Shown: positions 1 through 10,583 of the stretch, in pieces
Numbering within the stretch: the stretch's first letter is position 1
Layout: every line of letters starts with the position of its first letter
DNA from: an uncultured Actinomycetes bacterium
GTDB lineage: Bacteria > Actinomycetota > Acidimicrobiia > Spongiisociales > DATADW01
Direction of reading: 5' to 3'
Length of the DNA stretch: 64,000 bases
Assembly: GCA_963824995.1 (NCBI GenBank)
Contig: CAWGRK010000002.1
Span: forward strand, 186,001 to 250,000
The notes under the pieces: model-generated
What the model saw: only the letters and a program-made list of their open reading frames with translations
Told to the model about the DNA's origin: nothing
Databases searched by the model: none
Position numbers and translations under genes: made by a program

Positions 1-1429
1 TGGAGGGCGGTGGCGGATTCGCGGATGTGGGTAGACAGGTCGAGTTCTTGTTGGACGAGTCCGGGGAGCTCGGCGTCGACCGGCTGTTTCGTTACGAAGA
101 TCTCGATCTGTTCCTCGAGTACCTCGAAGGCAAGGTGGGCCAACTACCCGGGCTTCCTGTAGTCAATCAATCCCCACCCCTTGACCTCGACCTCGGTCCC
201 TCCGTTCGCTCGGAGCTCGAAGACTTCCTACGACCCGAGTACGAGTTGCACAAAGAGGCCAGTGGAGCACTCCGCCCGGCTTTGGCGCCTACCGAGCGGG
301 CGGATGACCTGCCGCGTCTGGAGGGCATTTCGCAGGCTCGCGAAGCAGCGACGCCGCTCGTCGTCGTGATCGGGACGGGGCGGATCGCCCCCGGAGCCGT
401 GACCGGTGCCCTCGAGAGGGACGGCCTCCCGCTCGCCGGCGAAGTCGCCGATGGGGGCTCGTCCGGCTCGGCCTGGCTGACGGATTTCCACGACGCGGTC
501 GCACGCGAGGCACACGTCGATCTCCGCAGACCTCGGCCGCAGGCGATAGTCGAGTTGACCCGGCACCCACGCTTCGATGAGTGGGCCGATGAGGCCTTGC
601 GCTGGTTGATGCCACAGATCGTCGAGCTCAGCCCGGTGTGCATCAATGATCCCGGGCTGACCTGGACGCTTCCGATCTGGGGGCAGGTGGCCGCGGCGCT
701 GGACAGGCGACTCAAGGTCGTGGTGGTGATCCGGGATCCGGCCTCGTATGTTCGAGCTCAAACCCGCCGATATCGTGAAGAGGCGAGTTACGGCCGCCGG
801 GTTGCCAGGTCGGTGGAGACCTGGCTGACCACAGCACTAGGCGCCGAGTGGGCGTCCCGAGGCTTCGACAGGTGCGTGGTCGCCTACAGCCGCCTGCTCA
901 AGGATCCCGGCGTGGAGATGACGCGACTCAGGAACTCGATACGCCGCAATCCACCGGTTCGAGGGTGGACGGCGGAGAGGCCGAGCAATGGCTGCGGTCG
1001 CTCACCGACCGCAGCCATGCCACCTGGGATGCCATCGGCGCTTGGGCACCCCTCAACGATCTGGCCGACCGCGTCTATTGGGAATTGCTGCAAACAGCCA
1101 CCGAGCCGACAGGAGGGACCATCGACCCCGGTCATCTGGCAAGGCTGGATGAACTCGCCGAGGTCTACGTCTCCTTCTACTCGCGGTGGAAGTACGAGTC
1201 GATGCGGCCCGGAGCCCTGTCGCTGCCGCGACTGACCCGGGGCGATCGAGGGCCGGAGGTCGCTCGACTCCAGGCGCTGCTGAGCGCCGCCGGGTACGAA
1301 ATCGGTGTCAGCGGGGACTTCGACAACGAGACCGCAGGTGCGGTGCGCGATTTCAAGGAGCGCCATGGGCTCTTTGCCGACGAGGTGTGTGGACGGAGTT
1401 GCTGGATCGCCTTGTTGGGAGCACGATGA
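1..1429 (+). CDS. Sulfotransferase-like multidomain protein with C-terminal peptidoglycan-binding domain (5'-truncated by the window, one frameshift near 925-945)
   Basis: The frame of ORF 27..1235 is open from the window start. It gives a sulfotransferase-like tail (QVEFLLD..LFRYEDL..VN) and a P-loop-like domain (VVVIGTGR...VVVVIRDP...YSRLLKDP). It continues in the frame of ORF 848..1429 to LTRGDRGPEVARLQALL..GDFDNETAGAVRDFKERHGL..CGRSCW, a PG_binding_1-like motif. Confidence 0.6.
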
Positions 1430-2133
1430 CCACCCTGGACGGGAGAGGTCCCGCTTGGTTGGGAATCGGCGCCCAGCGCAGTGGAACGACCTGGTTTACC
1501 GACCTTCTCATCCAACATCCCAACGTCGCCCTTGGTACCAACGGAAAGAAGGAGCAGCATCGGTTACACCGAGTCGCTGTCGGTCTCAGACGACGCGGAT
1601 TCGTACTTGCGGCTGTTCCCCCGGGACCTACTGCGGGGCGAGTGGACTCCGATATACCTTCCGACCCTCTCGACCCCGACGACTGCGTTGCGTCTGTGCC
1701 GCGAACGATGCGCCGTTCCTGGTGCTCCTGCGGGACCCGTCGAACGATTCGCTTCCGCAATGCGGCTCCGGAGCATCCGTGGCAAGCGTTGACCACCGAT
1801 GTGGCAGTTCCCTATCACCAGTGGATGGGCATGTACGCCGAGCAGCTTGGAGGGGTGGGCTCGGGTGGTCGGCCGGGATCGAATGGTCGTCCTGGTATAC
1901 GAGGAGGTTGTCGTGATCCCCAGTCGGCCTGCGACACGGTGTGGCGACGGCTGGGGCTCACGCCGGTCGAGCTTCGCAACGTCGAGGCCGCGTCGCGCAC
2001 GTCGACTGGCGAGGCGGAATGGAACTGGCCCGAAGGCCTACGGGATGGTCTCACCGCGCTGTACAAACCCCAGGTCGAAAGGCTTCGCGACGATTGGGGA
2101 GTCGAAGTTCACCGGTGGCAAAGCTTCGTGTGA
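1426..2133 (+). CDS. PAPS-dependent sulfotransferase (several frameshifts)
   Basis: ATGA overlap with the upstream stop. 5'-PSB motif IGAQRSGTTW. The later motifs GEWTPIYL, LLRDPVER and VLVYEE are spread over all three frames. Confidence 0.7.
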   Translation: MTTLDGRGPAWLGIGAQRSGTTWFTDLLIQHPNVALGTNGKKEQHRLHRVAVGLRRRGFVLAAVPPGPTAGRVDSDIPSDPLDPDDCVASVPRTMRRSWCSCGTRRTIRFRNAAPEHPWQALTTDVAVPYHQWMGMYAEQLGGVGSGGRPGSNGRPGIRGGCRDPQSACDTVWRRLGLTPVELRNVEAASRTSTGEAEWNWPEGLRDGLTALYKPQVERLRDDWGVEVHRWQSFV

Positions 2134-2448
2134 CGCCCCGGAGGTACAGGGTGGGTGGCTGCGCAGCCCTTGACCTGGGGCACACATCCTCTCTCCGGGC
2201 CGTTTGCCAAGGGAGTGTCGTATTGGTTGAGGGCACACCATCCAGAAGTCGTATGTGCGGCCCGAACGCAGTAAGATTGTGACCTCAGGTCTCCTAGCAC
2301 TGGGTCAGGCGGACACGCGCCGTCAGAGCCCTCCCGCGGGTGGAATCGACATCGAAAGGCCGATGTTCTTGTTGATCGAGGGTGTCGCTGACGGCTATCT
2401 ACGGCACGGGACGAGACGTGGTGACTGTGGTTTAGGGATCGGGCGGCG

Positions 2449-4028
2449 ATGACCAAGGAGCTGCCGCCTGTCACGGTGTCCAGCCCAGCGACAACGCAAT
2501 CGAGCGGTGGCACTCAAGATAACGGGTCTTCACCTGTGGTACGAAGGCAGTTAGATCCGAGTGTCTTACTGATCATGGTCGCTGCAGCGGCTGTCTACTC
2601 GTTGCATGGATTTCAAGAGGGGCTCGAAACCGAAACATCGATTTTCGCCTACGGTGGCCAACAGGTCTTAGAGGGAACCCCGCCATACGTGAGCGTCTTT
2701 AACGTGATCGGCCCTATGGGACACCTTCTGGCTGCCTTCGGCGCTTTGGTCGCTCGAGGCTTGGGCCTCGAGGATCTTCTTGGCATGCGCTTACTATTTC
2801 TCGTGTTCGCGATTCTTGCCGTGGGTTGTCTATACCTTCTCGCACGTACCCTCTTCAGCAGCCGACTCGTCGCTTTAGCGGCGACTGCCTCGTTCGTGAC
2901 ATTCGCTTCATTCCTTCATTACGCAGTCGCAGGTCCTCGTGAGAAGACCGTCATGGTTCTCTTTGTCGTGATTGCGCTGTTATGCGCGGTGCGTCGCCGC
3001 TGGATAGTGTCCGGTGTAGCAGCGTCGCTGGCGACCTTGACGTGGCAGCCGGCTATCGCCATCGGCTTGGCTGTGTTAATTACGGCCCTGATCACTGTCG
3101 GAGGAGGGTGGCGCGCCGCTTGGAAGGTTGTCCTAGGAGCCTTATTTCCCGTGGTGGCCGTTGTCGCCTACTTCGCAGCACAGGGTGCGGTTCAGCCATT
3201 CGTAGACGGCTTTCTTGACGTTAGCCTCCGTGCTGAAACTGCGGTCGACTTATATATTGTTGATAGGCTGGCGTTCATCTTTCACGACGCTGAGAGAGGC
3301 TATGGGCCATCTGTCTGGGTACTCGGAATCGGGATGATCGGCCTTGCGGGTGCAGCTCTATGGCGCTTAGCCGTTGCGGAGTCAGCGGAAGCGCTTACGC
3401 GACGACCCCTTTTTGGTGATCTTCATCGGGTTCGTGTTGAGCGTCGCTTGGACCGTTTACGACTTCCAGGGGCCACCGGACCTGCTCATCCTGTTGCCAT
3501 TTGCTTCTATCGGCATTGGCGTCATTTTGGATGTTCTGAGTCGAGTGGCCTCGCCCCGCATAGTTGCTATCGTATCTGCGGCGTGCGCGGTTGGATTTGT
3601 ACTCCTCGCCGCCTTTATTGCACTGGATCGCCGCGAGGGTCGCCTAGTCGATCAGCAGCGCGCTGTCGGGAGTATGTTGGCCAAGTTGTCTGTCAAAGAT
3701 GGTGTGATGAGCGTTGGAGCTCCCCACGTGATGGTGCTCAGCGGGTTGACAAACGCAAATCCCTATCTCACGCCCTTTCAGGCGCCGGTGCATCATCTCC
3801 AGGCGAACTGGCCCGGTGGCATGAGTGGGCTTCGTTGAGGAATTGGAGGCCAATCCGCCCGAGATCATCGCCTTCAAAGGAACGCGAAGGTTCACTGACC
3901 CGACAGCTGTCACTGCGGAATGGAGTGATTGGATCGATGACAATTACTTGGAAAGGGGCAAGGCGCCCGGTTGGATCTGGCTCGTACGCAGGTCTGTCGC
4001 GGACAGGATTTGGCCAGACGGTAGGTGA
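2449..4028 (+). CDS. Polytopic membrane protein, GT-C/PMT-like glycosyltransferase (frameshifts near 3390 and 3835)
   Basis: Many hydrophobic helices and a GT-C-like N-terminal loop (IFAYGGQQVLEGTPPYVSVF..GP). Continues in the frames of ORFs 3374..3838 and 3825..4028. Confidence 0.55.
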
Positions 4029-4211
4029 TAGGCGACGCTCCGAGACGCTCGGTGTTGATTGTTCTCTCGATTATGGCGGTACAGTGCTCCGCGAGTTATT
4101 CCGGGTCCCCTAGCACCGGCGCAGGTCTGACCTGCAAGGAGGTCTGTCGCACGAACCGGGCCAGCATGGGACCTGCGTGAATGGGCCGATGATCAGTCCG
4201 GGAGGTGTGCG

Positions 4212-5369
4212 GTGGGCGAGCCGAGCTTAGGTATGCCGAGGATCACCTTCAATCGCCCTACGATCGAGGGCCACGAGCTGAGTTTCATGCATGAGGCCGT
4301 GGAACTGGGCCACACGTCTTCCTCGGGGCCGTTCGCCAAACGGGCCACGGATCTACTTCGCGATCATCATGGTGCCGCCGACGTGCTGCTAACGACATCG
4401 TGCACTGCGGCGTTGGAAATGGGTGGGCTGCTGCTCGATATTCAGCCTGGAGATGTGGTGATCGTCCCGTCGTTCACGTTCGTCACGACGGCCCTCGCGT
4501 TCGTACGCGCAGGCGCACGTCTGAGGTTCGCCGACATCGAGGACGAGACGTTGGGTATCGACCCTAAATCGGTGGCCGACCTGATGGATGAGCGGGTGCG
4601 AGCCGTGGTTGCCGTCCACTACGCGGGTATCGGCTGTGACGTCGATGCCCTGGGGGCCGTGCTTGCCGACTATCCCTATGCGGAGTTGGTCGAGGACAAC
4701 GCTCACGGCCTGTTCGGTAGCTACAGAGGCGAACCCCTCGGAACCTTTGGACGATTCGCCACACTCAGCTTCCACGAAACCAAGAACTTCGTTTGCGGCG
4801 AGGGCGGAGCGCTCCTCATCAACGACCCATCTGACGTAGACCGAGCGCATGTCGTCTACGACAAGGGGACCGACCGCCGGGCCTTCTTCATGGGCCAGGT
4901 GGACAAGTATTCATGGAGGGACACCGGTTCGTCCTTCGGTCTGTCCGACATCCTGGCCGCCTATTTGCTGGCCCAGCTAGAGCAGAAAGAACAGATCCTG
5001 GCCAAGCGACGGACCGTGTACGAACGTTATGACTCCCTGCTTCGGCCCATCGCTACCGACCTCGGCATTCGAACTCCGGTCATTCCGCCCGACAGAGAAT
5101 GTGCCTGGCACATGTACTACATCCTGCTTCCCGACGCGACGACTCGGGACCAGGTGTTGAAGACGATGACCGCTCAGGAGATCTACCCCACATTCCACTA
5201 CATACCGCTGCACTCTTCGGAAGGAGGCCTTCGGTTCGCCGATGAGGCGACGGACTGCCCGGTAACCGACAACGTCAGCGCGCGCCTCCTGCGCCTTCCG
5301 TTCCACAACACGCTGTCCGCAGAGGATCAGGAGCGGGTAGCGGTGGCGCTGATCAAAGCGATGAGCTAG
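4212..5369 (+). CDS. rffA: dTDP-4-amino-4,6-dideoxygalactose transaminase (DegT/DnrJ family)
   Basis: LTTSCTAALE, VEDNAH, SFHETKN (PLP lysine), GEGGAL and GQVDKYSW are WecE/RffA motifs. GGAGGT RBS at 4201. Confidence 0.9.
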   Translation: MGEPSLGMPRITFNRPTIEGHELSFMHEAVELGHTSSSGPFAKRATDLLRDHHGAADVLLTTSCTAALEMGGLLLDIQPGDVVIVPSFTFVTTALAFVRAGARLRFADIEDETLGIDPKSVADLMDERVRAVVAVHYAGIGCDVDALGAVLADYPYAELVEDNAHGLFGSYRGEPLGTFGRFATLSFHETKNFVCGEGGALLINDPSDVDRAHVVYDKGTDRRAFFMGQVDKYSWRDTGSSFGLSDILAAYLLAQLEQKEQILAKRRTVYERYDSLLRPIATDLGIRTPVIPPDRECAWHMYYILLPDATTRDQVLKTMTAQEIYPTFHYIPLHSSEGGLRFADEATDCPVTDNVSARLLRLPFHNTLSAEDQERVAVALIKAMS

Positions 5370-5398
5370 GAAACATCGGACCTCCGAATGCGAATCAA

Positions 5399-6136
5399 TC
5401 ACTTTTGCCATTGGTCGAGGCTCCGACCCAGATGATGTTCTAGTTGGGAGTTCAAAGGCCCAAAATGGGCACGAAGAAGCTCCCGAATCCTGGGATGCAG
5501 TCGGTCGGTTGACGTGGAGGCATTGATGCGCTGGGCGTGAGGCTTGAAGCCCTTCTCGACCGCGAGGAACTGGTAGATCTCCGAGATCACCGATCTGTCC
5601 TTGACAAGATCCTCGAAGACCACCACCCGGATGCGGTTCTTCGGGGCGTACCGTTCGAGGCCGCTCAGCTGCTCCAGATAATGGCCCCTTCTAACGTAGG
5701 CGAAGGGCGAGACTGAGATGGCGGGGTCGTATGTTGGTTCACGGCCATCGAGGGCGTCACCGAGTGCAACTTCGATCGGCCGGGTCTCGACGCCGCTGTC
5801 GACCGAGAAGCGATAGTGGGACAGGGCACGCTCAACCGGGTCTCGAAGAACCATCAGGAACCGGGCCTCTGGGAATGTTTCGCAGATGCGACGTAGAGCG
5901 TCCTCGTGATCGAGATAGCTGGTGCTCTTCTCTCCCCTCACCGAAGCCGTCGGAGCGTCCGGGAATACAAGCCGGTCATACGCTTCTGGGTCGCCGGACA
6001 CCCCCTCGGCCAAGAACACCTTGGGCTCCGGCCTCACCGGTTTCGCCATGGCAATCTGCGGATGGGAGTCGAGGAGGTTATACAGATAGGTGGTGCCGCA
6101 CCTCTGTACGCCGACGATAAAGACCCGTTCAGTCAC
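5399..6136 (-). CDS. PAPS-dependent sulfotransferase
   Basis: FIVGVQRCGTTYL, EPKVF, GEKSTSY and LRDPVERALSHY motifs. Confidence 0.85.
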   Translation of the reverse strand: MTERVFIVGVQRCGTTYLYNLLDSHPQIAMAKPVRPEPKVFLAEGVSGDPEAYDRLVFPDAPTASVRGEKSTSYLDHEDALRRICETFPEARFLMVLRDPVERALSHYRFSVDSGVETRPIEVALGDALDGREPTYDPAISVSPFAYVRRGHYLEQLSGLERYAPKNRIRVVVFEDLVKDRSVISEIYQFLAVEKGFKPHAQRINASTSTDRLHPRIRELLRAHFGPLNSQLEHHLGRSLDQWQK

Positions 6137-7130
6137 CGGAACCGGCTACGCGGCTCACGTGGTATGGCTGTCGAGCACTGGTCTGGTTGAGGGTGCGGAC
6201 GAGATATTCGCCCAGCATGGAGACCATCGCGATGGTCATACCGCCAAGAAAGGCGGTCAGGACGATGAGGCTCGTCCATCCTTCGACTTGGGTTTGGCCG
6301 GTGAGCCCGAGAACCAAAAAGACCGCGCCGATCACGAATGCGATAAAAGCGACCAGGAAGCCGAGCACTGCGAACAATCGCAGGGGAAAGGCCGAGTAGC
6401 TGAACAGGATGGTGACGACCAGGCGTGCGATGCGTAGAGCGCTGTAGTTGCTGGATCCTTCGGCGCGTGGGGCGTGCTCGACCGTCGCATTTCCAGGGTT
6501 TCGCGAGTACAGCAGCGCCATACCGGTTATGTATGGTGTGGCCGAGTTGTCGGCGCAAATGCGATCGACGACGTCACGACGGAGCAGCCGGAAGTTGGTG
6601 ACCACAAGGTCGGATGGCTGACCGAATATGCGTCGATTGATGAGTTCTATGGCGCGGGTTCCTAACCGACGCGTTCCGGAGGCCTGCTTCCGCCGGAATC
6701 GTCCGAAGACCGCATCGTATCCCTCTTCGTCGGCCTTGCGAATGAGGTGGATTACTTCCTCAGGAGGGTTCTGCAGGTCGTCGTCTATGGTAACGACCCA
6801 GTCACCTTGCGCCTGCCGCAAGCCGCAGAGAACGGCACTGTGCTGGCCGTAGTTGCGCAGGAGGTCTAGCGCAACCACCTCCGGGTATTCGCCGGCCTTC
6901 GCCTCCAGCACCTTCCAGCTGTCATCCTGGGAGCCGTCGTTGACGCATACCACCTCGAAGCGGATCGCCAACTGACGGAGGACGGCAACAGTCCGGTCGA
7001 TGGTCGTGCCGACAATGCCGCCGCTGTTGAAGACCGGGATGACCACGGTGAACAGCTTGCCTTCCATGGCCTGCGGGACTACCCGCTCTGGAAGGCGGGT
7101 CACCTTCGAGATCGACTCGACCACCGTCAC
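6129..7130 (-). CDS. GT2 polyprenol-phosphate glycosyltransferase (ArnC/GtrB-like); start uncertain (7068-7130)
   Basis: VVIPVFN, VNDGSQD, RNYGQHSA, IDDDLQNPPE and two C-terminal transmembrane helices. Confidence 0.85.
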   Translation of the reverse strand: MTVVESISKVTRLPERVVPQAMEGKLFTVVIPVFNSGGIVGTTIDRTVAVLRQLAIRFEVVCVNDGSQDDSWKVLEAKAGEYPEVVALDLLRNYGQHSAVLCGLRQAQGDWVVTIDDDLQNPPEEVIHLIRKADEEGYDAVFGRFRRKQASGTRRLGTRAIELINRRIFGQPSDLVVTNFRLLRRDVVDRICADNSATPYITGMALLYSRNPGNATVEHAPRAEGSSNYSALRIARLVVTILFSYSAFPLRLFAVLGFLVAFIAFVIGAVFLVLGLTGQTQVEGWTSLIVLTAFLGGMTIAMVSMLGEYLVRTLNQTSARQPYHVSRVAGSGD

Positions 7131-7217
7131 CCCTGTACGTAGTTGAAGGTGAAAGCCTATTCGACCAATCGGGGCGCTTCGTCGATTCAGGTCAGCCGGC
7201 TGTACCCTTCTGCCGCC

Positions 7218-8501
7218 TTGCCACGAGCCCAACCTGGCGTACTTCGCGACGCGGGCGCACTGCTCGCGGGCGCGGCACTGAACGGTCTACTTGCCTATGC
7301 GTACGTCGCATTGGGTACCCGGACCTTCGGTGCCACTGCCTTTGCGCCGATCTCGGTCCTATGGACCATTTGGGCGATGAGCTCAGCAGTGGTGACGTTT
7401 CCGGTGCAGCACTGGGTCATCCGCACCGTTGAGGCCGACGGCATCGAGGGCCGGGTTCGAGCAGCCCACGCCCGAATCCTCGGTACCGCGGTGTTGCTCT
7501 CGGGTGTGGTGGGAGCGGTTACCTGGCTGACGCGCGCAACCCTCTTCGGAGACACCGGCCCGCTGTTTCCCGCATTGGCAGCGCTTATACCGCTCGGCTC
7601 GGCGGTCGTGGGGTTCACCCGCGGTGCTCTCGCCGCTCGGCGCCGATTCGTCGCCGCTGGAGCGGCCATCGCTGGAGAGAATTTGATTCGGGTAGTTGCG
7701 GGCGTCGGCGTTGTCCTGGCTGGTTGGGGAAGCGAGGCGTTTGCAGTCGCAATCGCCAGCGGGTTCCTTGTCGCCCTCTTTTGGCCGTCGGCGCTGCATT
7801 TCACCGATGGTGAGCCTGTTGGGCAGCAAACCTCACCGATGGGCTTCCTCGCCGGTGTAGCTGGGGGCACACTGATCGCGCAGGTGGTTTTGACGGGCGG
7901 TCCGCTGATTCTCGCCGCACTGGGTGGGACACCAGCCGAGGTGACCGGGCTGTTCAGCGCGCTGGCTCTGTTTCGTGCTCCCTACCTCTTGGCTACTGGT
8001 CTCGCAGCTCGCGTGACCGGATCGCTGGTACGGCTGCTGAAAGACGCGACCACGTCGACGATCCGACGTTTGACCCAGAGGACGATCGTCATCGTGGCCG
8101 TCTTGGTCCCGCCGGGAGCTTTAGTTGGCGCCGCCGTCGGATCCAGTCTGTTGCAACTTGTATTCGGCCCGGAGGTCACGTTGCCTTCCGGATTGATCGG
8201 TGTGGTGGCTGCTGGGAGCACCCTGGCGCTCGGTTCGTTGTTTTACACCCTGGTTCTGGTGGCCGGCGGTAGAGCCCGCGCCATCACCCTCCCCTGGGTG
8301 ATCGCCGCGTTCGTCGCTGTCGGCTGGGCCATTTTCGGTTTGGGTGAGCCCCTAACCAGCGTGACCTGGGCGTTCCTTCTCGCCGAGGTCACGGCTTTCG
8401 TCGTTTTGGTGATTCTCGGTAGTCGGGCGCTCGCCTCGGGTACCGGCCATCGGGAGCCCACTCTGATTGCTGACGACGCCGCCCGGCCGGCCATGGGGTG
8501 A
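7218..8501 (+). CDS. Wzx-like polysaccharide flippase / MOP-family exporter; start uncertain
   Basis: About 12 hydrophobic segments within a glycan locus. The ORF is open from 7143; TACCCT precedes TTG 7218. Confidence 0.65.
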   Translation: MPRAQPGVLRDAGALLAGAALNGLLAYAYVALGTRTFGATAFAPISVLWTIWAMSSAVVTFPVQHWVIRTVEADGIEGRVRAAHARILGTAVLLSGVVGAVTWLTRATLFGDTGPLFPALAALIPLGSAVVGFTRGALAARRRFVAAGAAIAGENLIRVVAGVGVVLAGWGSEAFAVAIASGFLVALFWPSALHFTDGEPVGQQTSPMGFLAGVAGGTLIAQVVLTGGPLILAALGGTPAEVTGLFSALALFRAPYLLATGLAARVTGSLVRLLKDATTSTIRRLTQRTIVIVAVLVPPGALVGAAVGSSLLQLVFGPEVTLPSGLIGVVAAGSTLALGSLFYTLVLVAGGRARAITLPWVIAAFVAVGWAIFGLGEPLTSVTWAFLLAEVTAFVVLVILGSRALASGTGHREPTLIADDAARPAMG

Positions 8502-8625
8502 GTCCCGGTCGAGGCCGCGTCGATTCGGGCGAGCTCCTATTCCTTCGGCGACCCATCCCCGATCTGCGGGTTAAGACTTGATAGGAGCCTGCTTAGAAGA
8601 GCCGGCTCCCCGCTACGGTGCACGG

Positions 8626-10086
8626 GTGCGAACGGTCATTGCGGCAGCGTTGTTGGTGACTGTTGTCGCCGCCGCCGGCCCAGCCGTCGCCGCACCAAAC
8701 GAGGAGCACGAGCCAAAACTCCTCGGTCTCGCCGACGACGAATGGCAAACGACGTTCGATGACTTCGCCGGCGTCGTGGGCAAGCCGCCGGCGATCCTCG
8801 TGGCTTTTTTCCCGTTGGAGAGCACCACCGACGCCAACTTCGTCAAGGTTCAGGTCGAGACGGCCGAGGCTCTCGGTGTCGTCATCTTCCACGAGATCAT
8901 CGTGGACGATTTGGCGGCGCTGAACCGCGGTGATCTCGACGCGACTTTGAGAGCCACAGCCGCCAACTACGCAGCGGCCCTCACTGGCGGGCGTCGTCTT
9001 CTGGTTGCTCCCCTCCCTGAGGCGAACCTCGGAGAGCATCCGTGGGGGGGCGATCCCGCGGGATATCGAGCAGGATATCGGCGGATAAGACAGGCTTTCC
9101 TTGACGCCGGACTCGGCCCCGACCACGTCCGGTTCGTCTTCGCCATGAATGGTGAATCGACTGTCGGCTCGTATCGGGACTATTACCCCGGCGACGAAGT
9201 GGTCGACATCATCGGTTTCGCCAAGATCAACCGAGGAGACCCCTGGCGGGACTACGACGAGACCTTCGCAACCCACATAGGCGAGATGCAGTCGCAGGTC
9301 TCGCTCGACAAGCCGATCCTGGTGACCCAAACAGCGACGGTGGGAGGAAGCGGCAGGGCAGACTGGATCGATGACATGTTCAGCGGACTGCTGAGCGAAA
9401 GTCAGGTAATCGGTGCCAACTACTTCAACAAATCCAAGGATCATGATTACCGAGTGATTGTCGGCAGTTCGGTCGACCCGAACTTCAGTGCGGGCTACCG
9501 GACTTGGTCACCTCCTTCGGACTCGGCGTGGATATTCGACGGGCGCATGGATGCCTGGGTCGACGAGCGTGAGTCGGCGGTCTTCGTGGACGCGATCGAG
9601 TCGGGCTTCCGTGCCGAGATCGAGTGGCTTGCCGGCGAGGGAATCACAGAGGGTTGCGTCTCCCGCCGTTTCTGTCCCGACGACCCGGTCACCCGGGCGC
9701 AGATGGCCTCTTTCCTCGATCGGGCGTTGCCTCTTGCGGCATCCACGAGTGATGCGTTCGAGGATGATGAGGGCTCGGTCCACGAAGCAGCGATCAACCG
9801 GCTAGCGGCCGCGGGGATCACCATGGGCTGCACCGAAATCCTGTTTTGTCCGAACGACCCTGTCACCCGGGCGCAAATGGCCTCTTTCCTCGACCGCGCT
9901 CTTGATCTGCATGCGGCGTCCGGAGACCCCTTCAACGACGACGAGGGGTCGGTACACGAGAGGTCTATCAACCGCCTCGCTGACGCCGGGATCACCGAGG
10001 GATGCACGCCGACGTCGTTCTGTCCCAACGACCCCGTTACGCGCGCCCAGATGGCCGCCTTTCTCTTCAGGGCGCTTGCCGCCTAG
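8626..10086 (+). CDS. Secreted GH26-like domain protein with three C-terminal SLH-like repeats
   Basis: Signal peptide, LPEAN..HPW, YYPGDEVVDIIG and KPIL motifs, then three FCP.DPVTRAQMA.FL.RAL repeats. Confidence 0.7.
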   Translation: MRTVIAAALLVTVVAAAGPAVAAPNEEHEPKLLGLADDEWQTTFDDFAGVVGKPPAILVAFFPLESTTDANFVKVQVETAEALGVVIFHEIIVDDLAALNRGDLDATLRATAANYAAALTGGRRLLVAPLPEANLGEHPWGGDPAGYRAGYRRIRQAFLDAGLGPDHVRFVFAMNGESTVGSYRDYYPGDEVVDIIGFAKINRGDPWRDYDETFATHIGEMQSQVSLDKPILVTQTATVGGSGRADWIDDMFSGLLSESQVIGANYFNKSKDHDYRVIVGSSVDPNFSAGYRTWSPPSDSAWIFDGRMDAWVDERESAVFVDAIESGFRAEIEWLAGEGITEGCVSRRFCPDDPVTRAQMASFLDRALPLAASTSDAFEDDEGSVHEAAINRLAAAGITMGCTEILFCPNDPVTRAQMASFLDRALDLHAASGDPFNDDEGSVHERSINRLADAGITEGCTPTSFCPNDPVTRAQMAAFLFRALAA

Positions 10087-10583
10087 TGCTTGGGACGATC
10101 GGAGCGATTGGACCTTCTTACGAGATCAGAGCCGACACGGTCCAAGGCGGCGTGAAGTCGGTGTTTCCGCCGATGACGCTTCAGATCGGCAGGCGGTCCC
10201 AGGTCCTGGTCAGTCGATCGATGACGGAAGACAGGGACGCGATGTCGGATCCCGATTTGGTGGTCCTCGGTTGGGTACGGCAGACGTCAGCGAGCCCGTC
10301 CCCAAGTATCCGAGCAGGTGTAGTTACCACGCTGGGGTAGCTTCTTGGCCTGCGGCCGCCCGCTCTCGCGAACTCGACAGAGGCCGCGACCGACCCCTCC
10401 ACGCCCTCCGAACACGATCACGACCTCTTGTCGCCGCCCTAACCTTGAAAGCCCGCCTTGTTCCAGACGATGACACGATCAGACCTTCAGAGATTCGCCG
10501 AACCCGACGATGTGATCCACTGATGTCGCCTAGAACATCGCTCATGGAGGGCGGGGTCCGACTGCCGTGCGCCCGGTAGCGTC

